NCBI GenBank assembly: GCA_023898585.1
Contig: CP060229.1
Coordinates: 205,388-245,706, forward strand
Direction: 5' to 3'
DNA from: Candidatus Nomurabacteria bacterium
Lineage (GTDB): Bacteria > Patescibacteriota > Minisyncoccia > Phycocordibacterales > UBA918
DNA: 40,319 bases
Within the stretch, counting starts at the first letter, position 1; the number at the start of each line of letters is the position of its first letter. Shown here piece by piece: positions 26,384-33,656 of the stretch. Both the position numbers and the translations under genes were made by a program. A model generated the notes under the pieces. The model was not told where the DNA came from, made no database searches, and saw only the letters and a program-made list of their open reading frames with translations.

Positions 26384-27863
26384 TGATCTTTAATCGGCTC
26401 AAATCCAATACTTGATCAATGTGTATTTTACTCACAAAATCAGGTACATGAGACACCAAAATCATCGCCCCTTTGTAATCATGCAATGCCTTAGCTATCA
26501 CCGGAATATGTCTGAAATTAATATGATTGGTCGGTTCATCGAGAATGAGAAGTCCGGGCTCTTCCATTTTTAATTTAGCAAAAGCCACCAGGCCCTTCTG
26601 CCCTTCGGAAAGATCTCCAACCTTGGTTTTCATTAAGTCTCCAAAGAGAATGAAGCCGGCTGCGATTGAACGCATCTCCTCTTCTAACTTTCTTTTCATT
26701 GAATCCATCAAAGTTTCAAAAACCGTTTTGTCAAAATCCAAATTTGAAAAATCTTGTCGATAATAACCGATACCGACACCGCGAGCCACTTCTTCACCCT
26801 TAGCATGACCACCGGCCAAACTTTCCAATAATGTTGTTTTGCCGATACCGTTTGGTCCCATTATTTGCAAATGTTCTCCTCGCTTTAAGACAACATCACA
26901 TTCGGCGATTTTTGGCTCATGATTTTTAATAACTTGTACCGAGGTCAGTTTCAAAACTTCAAGCGGTATATCTTTGTGTGGTTCGATAGTAAAAGGGCGA
27001 ATGGTTTTATCTTCACGCCTGACATCCACTTTACTTGCTTCACTTTCTTCAATATCAGCTCTCATCTTTTTTGCTACCAAACGCATCTTCCCCCCTTTGG
27101 ACGCAAAATAATTTATTTTGTCTTTATCAGCCTGGATTTGTTTTGCCAATTGAGCGTTTTGTCTTTTTTCTTTTTCCACTCTCGCTACAATTTCTCTCAG
27201 CACCGCGTGGTAGTTACCGTTGTACTGTTCAACTTGTCTATTTTGAGTATTGAGGTAAAGCACACCGTGAGTAAAAGCATTTAGAAAATCCGCATCATGA
27301 GAAATGACGATCACCGTCTTGCGATATTCTTTGAGAAACTCCGTCAAATGTTCGATGCCGTTGCTATCCAAATTATTGGTTGGTTCATCAAGTAGTAACA
27401 CGTCTGGATTTTGAATAAGTGCTGAAGCCAGAAGCAAGCGGGCTTGCTGACCACCAGAAAAACTGCCGATGATTCTGTCTTTGAATGTCGCCTTTATTTT
27501 TTCAGTTGGAATTAGATTCACCACTTCCAGTATTTCATCAATCCTAGGGTCGATATTGTACACCTTCTCGGTAAAACATTTTTCGAAAAATTCTCGCACT
27601 GTGAGCCCGAGTTCATGGCGAGGAATAATTTGCCTAGCAATCGCAATGGAGGTACGCGGTTGAATATTTATATCACCTTCATGTGGCTGAAGCAGTCCGG
27701 TAATCAATGAAAATAAGGTCGATTTACCGGCTCCATTTTGCCCCATCAAAGTCAACTTCGCTCCACGACGCACCACAAAATTCGCCTCTTTTAAAATCGG
27801 CTTGGTGGCATCGTACTCGTACGACACGTCTTTAAAAACAATCAATCCGTCATTATTTGACAT
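26358..27863 (-). CDS. ABC-F family ATPase (two nucleotide-binding domains, no TM domain)
   Basis: Walker A motifs GQNGAGKST and GPNGIGKTT, signature motifs FSGGQQARL and LSEGQKGLV, and a charged inter-domain linker. Confidence 0.92.
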   Translation of the reverse strand: MSNNDGLIVFKDVSYEYDATKPILKEANFVVRRGAKLTLMGQNGAGKSTLFSLITGLLQPHEGDINIQPRTSIAIARQIIPRHELGLTVREFFEKCFTEKVYNIDPRIDEILEVVNLIPTEKIKATFKDRIIGSFSGGQQARLLLASALIQNPDVLLLDEPTNNLDSNGIEHLTEFLKEYRKTVIVISHDADFLNAFTHGVLYLNTQNRQVEQYNGNYHAVLREIVARVEKEKRQNAQLAKQIQADKDKINYFASKGGKMRLVAKKMRADIEESEASKVDVRREDKTIRPFTIEPHKDIPLEVLKLTSVQVIKNHEPKIAECDVVLKRGEHLQIMGPNGIGKTTLLESLAGGHAKGEEVARGVGIGYYRQDFSNLDFDKTVFETLMDSMKRKLEEEMRSIAAGFILFGDLMKTKVGDLSEGQKGLVAFAKLKMEEPGLLILDEPTNHINFRHIPVIAKALHDYKGAMILVSHVPDFVSKIHIDQVLDLSRLKIKKLSEVSP

Positions 27864-28190
27864 GGGAGTAGACTATACACGACACAAGGTAACGATGCAA
27901 AACTGGCTTGCTTGCGCTTATAATTTTATTAATTGTTCAAAATAACTAACCACAGCTATCTTGTACTAATTTTCTCCACAAAGATCTCATATGTGAGAAT
28001 AGTAATTAATTACTAAGATTGGACACATATGTCACACAGATCACCAATAGGTAATAAGGTAGATACTAAATAAAATGAGAAATCAGCGCATGACTCAGTA
28101 CATACAAGCGACACAACTAACTCCAGGCGGAGTATATTTCTTCAAGAAACTATCCTCTATGCCAATTGTATTGTAAATTTATTATATTTG

Positions 28191-28209
28191 TGTATACTTG
28201 ACACTAAGT
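28191..28209 (+). promoter_or_regulatory. Island motif copy a (TGT-N6-GACACTAAGT), candidate NrtR box
   Basis: tgtatacttgacactaagt. Confidence 0.55.
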
Positions 28210-28282
28210 TAGTATTTTGCTAACTTACATGTAGTTGCTGAGGAAAAGGGTTGCTACTGTAGCAACCACATATCTTCTCGTA

Positions 28283-28301
28283 ACTTAGTGTACTTTATAC
28301 A
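28283..28301 (-). promoter_or_regulatory. Island motif copy b, candidate NrtR box
   Basis: The minus strand reads tgtataaagtacactaagt. Confidence 0.6.
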
Positions 28302-28352
28302 GTAAAAAATTAACTGACATAGGTCTCGCGAGAGATCAAAACTTATCAGATA

Positions 28353-28371
28353 ACTTAGTGTAAGTAATACA
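28353..28371 (-). promoter_or_regulatory. Island motif copy c, candidate NrtR box
   Basis: The minus strand reads tgtattacttacactaagt. Confidence 0.6.
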
Positions 28372-28608
28372 CTTCTAATGAGCTGGTGCGTTCGAGGGCA
28401 AAGTCTGGAGCGCTCCAGCTCATCGGAAGGTGAGGAAGTCTAGGAGACTTTCCCAATACCTTGCCAGACATTTCTGGAGTTTACGAACAGTAATATCGGC
28501 AAGGTGTACAGCACCTGTAAAGTGAGCTTGTTCTTTGAAAACCGCATACCGCATTAACACTTCCCTAACGAGGCAGTAGCCTCACCACTTCTAATAAGGA
28601 GAACGACG
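28372..28608 (+). other. Long structured leader upstream of the pncA-like gene (candidate cis-regulatory RNA)
   Basis: Stems at 28378-86/28415-23 (9 bp), about 28434-40/28446-53, and 28458-65/28498-505 (8 bp). Long-range ggtgagg (28429-35) pairs with cctcacc (28580-86) just before the SD. Confidence 0.4.
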
Positions 28609-29439
28609 ATGAAAGTACACCTGCTGGTCATTGACCCTCAGAATGATTTCATGGATCAACCGAAGGCCGCATTGCCGGTTGCAGGAGCTATGGAAGATAT
28701 GAAGCGACTAGCTACCATGGTCGACCGCGTTGGAGCAAAACTTCAGAAAATCCACGTCACCCTCGATAGTCACCACCTGGTAGACATCGCTCACCCAGCC
28801 TTCTGGCGTGACAACAGTGGTGTGTCACCGAATCCGCTGACCATCATATCGTCTGACGCCATTAAGGATGGTACTTGGGTACCGCGTCGACCGGAGCTAC
28901 GTAATTATGCCACCGGCTATGCTGAAGACTTGGAACGTGCCGGAAAGTATCAGTTGATGGTGTGGCCACCACACTGCCTCATTGGTAGCTGGGGCCACAA
29001 CATACAGTCTGACCTCTCTGCCGCACTGGATCGCTGGAGCGATGCTCGGGTTCGTAATGTAGACTTCGTAACCAAAGGCACCAACGTGCTCACCGAGCAC
29101 TATGGCGCCCTCCTGGCTGAGGTTCCAATCCAAAATGACCCATCGACACAGCTCAACGGCCGATTCTTGCAGATGCTACAGGAGGCCGATGTTATCGCCG
29201 TCGCCGGTGAAGCATCGAGCCACTGTGTAAAAGCAACTGTAGAACAGGTGGCCGATAACATCGGAGAGGAGCACATCAAGAAGTTCCGCCTGCTCAGGGA
29301 CGCGATGTCGCCAGTTTCAGCCGTGACTGCACCTGACGGTTCGGTCATTGTTGACTTCCCCGCTATCGCTAACCAGTTTCTCAAGGATATGGCCAGCCGT
29401 GGTATGAAGTTGTCGAACACTGTTGACTTTCTGGCTTGA
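28609..29439 (+). CDS. pncA: Nicotinamidase-like cysteine hydrolase (isochorismatase family)
   Basis: VIDPQNDF (catalytic Asp region), VWPPHC (nicotinamidase-type metal-binding motif) and AGEASSHCV (catalytic Cys). Genomic context with pncB and nrtR. Strong SD aaggag. Confidence 0.8.
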   Translation: MKVHLLVIDPQNDFMDQPKAALPVAGAMEDMKRLATMVDRVGAKLQKIHVTLDSHHLVDIAHPAFWRDNSGVSPNPLTIISSDAIKDGTWVPRRPELRNYATGYAEDLERAGKYQLMVWPPHCLIGSWGHNIQSDLSAALDRWSDARVRNVDFVTKGTNVLTEHYGALLAEVPIQNDPSTQLNGRFLQMLQEADVIAVAGEASSHCVKATVEQVADNIGEEHIKKFRLLRDAMSPVSAVTAPDGSVIVDFPAIANQFLKDMASRGMKLSNTVDFLA

Positions 29440-29450
29440 GCAACAAAACG

Positions 29451-29471
29451 GGCGGTGGCAAAGCCACCGCC
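29451..29471 (+). promoter_or_regulatory. Intercistronic GC hairpin between pncA and the vWA gene
   Basis: Perfect 9 bp stem ggcggtggc-aaa-gccaccgcc with no U-tail. Confidence 0.5.
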
Positions 29472-29504
29472 AACACAAACATTCACAATCAAGAGGATAC
29501 TTCC

Positions 29505-30305
29505 ATGAACGATACAATGAATGACTTTTCCTTTGGCAGCGGCTTCCAGTTCTCGGGCGCCACCATCGACAACCTCGAGGCCTCCGAGTACACCCTGGTC
29601 ACCATCGCCCTCGATGAGAGTGGCTCGATCAGTGGATTCGAATCGCAGATCGAGGACATGCTGAAGGCCGCCGTCGGCGCGTGCTTCAGCTCACCGTACT
29701 CTAACAACCTGCTCATTCGTGTGATCCGTTTCGGTTCACAGTACAAACACCAGAATGGCAACGGCGTCGACGAGATACATGGCTTCAAGCCGCTCTCGGA
29801 GATCGACGTGAACGCCTACCCCAATCTGCGCGGCGGTGGCGCAACACCACTCAACGATGGAGTCTACTCATCGGTTGGCGCTATGAACCAGTACGCTGAA
29901 AGCCTGGTCGATCTCGACTTTGCCGTCAACGGCATCACCTTCGTCATCAGCGACGGTGGCGAAAACGCCTCAGTCGCAACGGCGAAGATGGTCAAGGACG
30001 AACTCAAGAAGTCGGTCACCGGCGAAGTGATGGAGTCACACCTTTCCATCTTGATTGGTATCAATATAGTTACCGATGATATGAGAAAGAGAAATCCAAC
30101 CTACGCAAAGCAGATCGAAGCAAAAGTCGAGCAAGACCTAGAGAACTTCCAGCGTGATGCAGGTATGAGCCAGTTCATCTGGGCCGGCGAAGCGACCAAA
30201 AGCAAACTCGCGAAACTGGCAGAGTTTGTTTCGCAGTCGATCTCGTCTACCTCCCAGGCACTGGGAACCGGCGGACCGAGCCAAAACATCTCGGCCACCA
30301 TCTGA
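29505..30305 (+). CDS. von Willebrand factor A domain protein (YegL / TerY-like)
   Basis: MIDAS motif in ..VTIALDESGSISG.. (DxSxS) and vWA-fold length. I take the start at MNDTMNDF after the hairpin and the SD aagagga. The ORF-track start at 29436 is a TTG overlapping the pncA stop. Confidence 0.8.
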   Translation: MNDTMNDFSFGSGFQFSGATIDNLEASEYTLVTIALDESGSISGFESQIEDMLKAAVGACFSSPYSNNLLIRVIRFGSQYKHQNGNGVDEIHGFKPLSEIDVNAYPNLRGGGATPLNDGVYSSVGAMNQYAESLVDLDFAVNGITFVISDGGENASVATAKMVKDELKKSVTGEVMESHLSILIGINIVTDDMRKRNPTYAKQIEAKVEQDLENFQRDAGMSQFIWAGEATKSKLAKLAEFVSQSISSTSQALGTGGPSQNISATI

Positions 30306-30334
30306 GGTAGCCTTCGGCTACATGTTCTTTTACC

Positions 30335-30353
30335 GGAGGCGCTTCGCGCCTCC
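30335..30353 (+). terminator. Rho-independent terminator after the vWA gene
   Basis: ggaggcgc-ttc-gcgcctcc followed by ttttatt. It is preceded by the smaller hairpin gtagcc..ggctac (30307-30321). Confidence 0.75.
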
Positions 30354-30359
30354 TTTTAT

Positions 30360-30378
30360 TGTACTTAATACACTAAGT
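30360..30378 (+). promoter_or_regulatory. Island motif copy d, candidate NrtR box directly upstream of the PP2C gene
   Basis: tgtacttaatacactaagt, ending 17 nt before the ATG at 30396. Confidence 0.6.
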
Positions 30379-30395
30379 ATACAAGGAGAAACCAC

Positions 30396-31301
30396 ATGAA
30401 ACTCTTTACCGACCACAGCTTCCACATTGGGGAGCAACACTTACGCCAAGGCAAACCTTGCCAAGACTATGCTCTTTCGGGTAGCCTCGGACGTGAGACT
30501 GCATATGCGATCGTGAGTGACGGCTGTTCCTCAGGTGGGATGACAGACATTGGCTCGCGCTTGATGACACTCGCTACCCTTCGCGCACTGCATGAGCAAA
30601 TACCGAGCAACGACTTCGCAACAAGGGACAGCGATATCGCCCGTGATACCTACCTCGAATCTTCAAGACTAAATCTGCGACTTGAGACAAAAGACCTTTT
30701 AGCTACCTGTCTCTGGGCTGTCGTACATAAAAACGAAGTGGTGATTAACGTCACTGGTGACGGTGTTGTAGCATTGGAGTTCGAAGCAGGAATGATCATC
30801 AAGACCTTTTCCTGGCAAAAGAATATGCCGTACTACCCAGCATACCGAATCGGTGGTATGGATGAACCATTCACTGAGAATCATTCAGACAATCTTGCTC
30901 CACTAACAATCATCGAGTCGGTAATCGTGACACCAGGAGGTGATGTTCAACTTACCAACAATGTCGTGACAAAAGGTGTGAGTGTGAGAGAGGGCATGCG
31001 CGGTATCGTATACACCGAAAGTATCATTAATACCGCCCTAGGGAACCTTCGCACCGTCGCACTCTTCTCTGATGGTATCGAGCAGATCGATCAAATTGAA
31101 ACCGTATCTGCAGTCAAAGCGCTCTTGTCCTTCAAAAGTGTCAGTGGTCAATTCGCCGTCCGGCGAATGAACCGCTTTCTACAAGACGTAAAGAAACAAG
31201 GCCGCGGACCGATAGACGATATCGCGTACGCTGTTATTCACTCAGAAAACAAGGAGACAGATCATGTCAACAATCAAACGACCGAAAAAAGTAACACTTG
31301 A
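30396..31301 (+). CDS. PP2C-family Ser/Thr phosphatase-like protein (YegK/PphC-like)
   Basis: ..GKPCQDYA.. and ..AIVSDGCSSGG.. match the PP2C_2-type N-terminal metal-binding motifs. Strong SD aaggag. Confidence 0.75.
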   Translation: MKLFTDHSFHIGEQHLRQGKPCQDYALSGSLGRETAYAIVSDGCSSGGMTDIGSRLMTLATLRALHEQIPSNDFATRDSDIARDTYLESSRLNLRLETKDLLATCLWAVVHKNEVVINVTGDGVVALEFEAGMIIKTFSWQKNMPYYPAYRIGGMDEPFTENHSDNLAPLTIIESVIVTPGGDVQLTNNVVTKGVSVREGMRGIVYTESIINTALGNLRTVALFSDGIEQIDQIETVSAVKALLSFKSVSGQFAVRRMNRFLQDVKKQGRGPIDDIAYAVIHSENKETDHVNNQTTEKSNT

Positions 31302-32991
31302 AGGTTATGGTGATCTCACTCTACGGACAGCCGACTACGTCACTGAAGGTGGCGAGGGAGCGATATACCGCAAAGGAGGCTATATCATCAAGCTCTACCA
31401 TGACGCACAAAAAATGCAACGAGACGATATGTCCGAGAAGATTCACCTTTTAGCATCGTCACTCAAGCACCCATCGATCGTAACGCCGAAGGGTTTGGTG
31501 ATCGATAGTAACGAAGCCATAGGATACTATATGCCCTTTGTACAAGGCGAAGCGTATCCCAAACTTTTCACCAACGACTTCCGTAACCAAAACGGCATCG
31601 ACACACTAGGTGTGACCCACCTGGCCACGAAAATGCATGAAGTTGTAGATTACGTACATAGGCAAGGAGCTCTCTTGGTCGACGCCAACGAGCTCAATTG
31701 GCTGGCGGACATCAAAGATGTCCGCCAGCCAACCCCCTACGTCATCGACGTCGACTCGTGGCAAATCGATCACTTCAAAGCTTCCGTCATCATGCCATCC
31801 ATTCGAGATTGGCACGGAAGTATCAGCGAGGCTTCGGATTGGTTCTCTTGGGGTATTGTCACTTTTCTCTTATACACAGGTATCCACCCATACAAAGGCA
31901 ATCTCGACGGCTACAAACCGGGTGAACTGGAACGACGTATGAAGAACAACGCTTCTGTCTTTTTACCAGGTGTCCGTCTTAACAAGGCAGTTCGCGACTT
32001 TAGGATCATCCCAGGTCCACTCCTTGATTGGTATGAGGCGACATTCACGCAAGGTGAACGGACTCTGCCACCCTCGCCTCAAGCGACCGGCAAAGCCAAT
32101 ACTAACCTAGGTCAGATCATGCGCGTCGTCACCACGCAAAGTGGTGGACTTATCTTCGAGCGATTGCTCGAGGTGCCTGGCGAACGGGTTGTATCGATCT
32201 GGCCGTGCGGCGTAGTTCGTACCAATGCTGGCACTCTGGTCGATGTCGCAACCAAGCGCACCATTGGACAAACCAGCAACGGACGCGTCGCGGTGGTAGG
32301 TCGTGACAACGGCTGGGTCATTGTGGAAGAAGTGAGTGGAGCCTGGCAGTGGCGCTTTATCGACCGACGCGGCACTGAAAGCACACTTACGGTGCCACTT
32401 ACAGTAACCACCATACTCCGCAGTGGTGAACGACTCTTCGCAGTCACCGAGTCCGAACTCATCGAACTCACCCTGCAAGCGTTCAGCAAGCCAGTACTCA
32501 CGTTAGGAAATCGGTGGCAGATACTCGGGAAGGGTACCCGGTGGTTTAGTGAAGTCGGGGTAAGTAATATCCTTGGTGCCATGCACCTCATTGCACCATA
32601 TGGTGCCAACGCAGTCGCTATGGTGCGTACCTCTGAACTCGACGGACTCACTGTTGTGAACGCCAAGGCTGGCACTCGGTTTGTCGTCGTTGTGACGGTA
32701 AGCCATAATGGTGAGTACGAGGAGCATCGTTTTGCCTTCGATAAAAACTGGAAGCAATACCAGTACGATCGCGAGCTGGTGGATGGATCCGAACTCAACC
32801 TCACCATCCTCCCGAAAGGCGTGACCGCTTCGATCAGGGACGACGGCGAGCTCATCATCGCAGTGCCGTTTCAGGGCGATAAAAAGGTCGTGTCTGATAG
32901 AGATATATGCACCAATCTGCGCCTCGCTCACATCATAGACAAGGTGGTCTATCAAAAAGATGGCGTCTTGTGGTCACTGGGTATGCGGTAA
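31264..32991 (+). CDS. Atypical Ser/Thr protein kinase (YegI-like) with a ~290-aa beta-rich C-terminal domain
   Basis: Gly-rich loop EGGEGAIY, Lys in IIKLYH, catalytic-loop-like LVDANELNWL, and DVDSW in place of DFG. As I recall the E. coli YegI sequence, it shows the same non-canonical pattern. Overlaps the PP2C gene by 38 nt. SD aaggag. Confidence 0.75.
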   Translation: MSTIKRPKKVTLEGYGDLTLRTADYVTEGGEGAIYRKGGYIIKLYHDAQKMQRDDMSEKIHLLASSLKHPSIVTPKGLVIDSNEAIGYYMPFVQGEAYPKLFTNDFRNQNGIDTLGVTHLATKMHEVVDYVHRQGALLVDANELNWLADIKDVRQPTPYVIDVDSWQIDHFKASVIMPSIRDWHGSISEASDWFSWGIVTFLLYTGIHPYKGNLDGYKPGELERRMKNNASVFLPGVRLNKAVRDFRIIPGPLLDWYEATFTQGERTLPPSPQATGKANTNLGQIMRVVTTQSGGLIFERLLEVPGERVVSIWPCGVVRTNAGTLVDVATKRTIGQTSNGRVAVVGRDNGWVIVEEVSGAWQWRFIDRRGTESTLTVPLTVTTILRSGERLFAVTESELIELTLQAFSKPVLTLGNRWQILGKGTRWFSEVGVSNILGAMHLIAPYGANAVAMVRTSELDGLTVVNAKAGTRFVVVVTVSHNGEYEEHRFAFDKNWKQYQYDRELVDGSELNLTILPKGVTASIRDDGELIIAVPFQGDKKVVSDRDICTNLRLAHIIDKVVYQKDGVLWSLGMR

Positions 32992-33041
32992 AGGAAGCAG
33001 ATATTGTTCTTTCTGGAATCCTTGGATTTATTATCCTTTTG

Positions 33042-33060
33042 CCCGGCGCTTCGCGCCGGG
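33042..33060 (+). terminator. Rho-independent terminator after the kinase gene
   Basis: cccggcgc-ttc-gcgccggg followed by ttttt. It shares the 13-nt core ggcgcttcgcgcc with the terminator at 30335. Confidence 0.8.
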
Positions 33061-33100
33061 TTTTTCATATCACCAATAATTATCCAATCAGGTTTTGCTA

Positions 33101-33130
33101 TTGACAAAATCGACAATTATATTATTATAA
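33101..33130 (+). promoter_or_regulatory. Candidate sigma70-type promoter for the zinc-finger miniprotein gene
   Basis: A perfect TTGACA at 33101-33106 is followed by an A/T-rich -10 region (..attatattattataaa..). The exact -10 hexamer is ambiguous. Confidence 0.4.
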
Positions 33131-33166
33131 ATGTTGCTGTTCAATCATTAAAAAGGGAGAAAAAAC

Positions 33167-33415
33167 ATGGCGAAAAGTTGCGCCGGTGGTTCATGCCCAA
33201 ACACTGGTGGCTATTGTCCATCAGATGGTAGCTTGGCTGGATGTTCAAGAGTAAGCAGTGCCGTGGCACATAACAGTAGGAGCAGTGGAAACGCGATGGT
33301 TACTTGCACTCATTGCCTTGGATCAAAATTAATCATATGTTCGATCTGTGGTGGTAGTGGAAAAATGCCAATGTTAACAGCTCGACGTAATGCTCCTGGC
33401 CATAGGCATCTCTAA
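33167..33415 (+). CDS. Cys-rich miniprotein with DnaJ-type CxxCxGxG zinc-finger motifs (82 aa)
   Basis: CTHCLGSK and CSICGGSGK (CxxCxGxG pattern) plus four more N-terminal Cys. It has its own SD (agggag), promoter candidate and terminator. Confidence 0.65.
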   Translation: MAKSCAGGSCPNTGGYCPSDGSLAGCSRVSSAVAHNSRSSGNAMVTCTHCLGSKLIICSICGGSGKMPMLTARRNAPGHRHL

Positions 33416-33433
33416 ACTCTAATCAAAATCTGA

Positions 33434-33457
33434 AAACCGGCGAATTATCGCCGGTTT
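33434..33457 (+). terminator. Terminator after the miniprotein gene
   Basis: aaaccggcga-atta-tcgccggttt. Confidence 0.7.
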
Positions 33458-33623
33458 AGTTATTTTACACTGTCTCCTTAGGTAGCGATTTTGTGCAATT
33501 GACTCAACACGATACCGCAACTAAACATCGGGCGCGAGCTCAAAACGATTCAAATCGATCCGACCATGTGACAAACGATGAACCTCCCTCAGCAGGAGCT
33601 GGGGTTTTATATGGTTATAAAAA

Positions 33624-33648
33624 ACCTGGTCGCTGTGGGCGACCAGGT
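33624..33648 (-). terminator. Rho-independent terminator after pncB
   Basis: acctggtcgc..gcgaccaggt, followed by ttttt on the minus strand. Confidence 0.8.
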
Positions 33649-33656
33649 CATAATTT

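Noticed and set aside
27864-28190. Palindromes TCTCATATGTGAGA (about 27995-28010) and ACATATGT (about 28025-28035), and a 33-codon ORF in the ABC-F/pncA intergenic region
   Set aside because: These are short, AT-rich, single occurrences without supporting context. They may be operator-like but cannot be distinguished from chance by eye.
28372-28608. Assignment of the pncA leader to a known NAD+ riboswitch class (nadA or pnuC motif)
   Set aside because: I could not recognise the conserved bulge or loop sequences of either class by eye. It is kept only as an unclassified structured leader candidate.
32107-32955. Minus-strand ORFs of 123-248 aa inside the kinase gene, and 29100-29788 minus-strand ORFs inside pncA and the vWA gene
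   Set aside because: GC-rich island genes generate long antisense open frames. The sense-strand products carry recognisable catalytic motifs, SDs and terminators, and the antisense ones do not.
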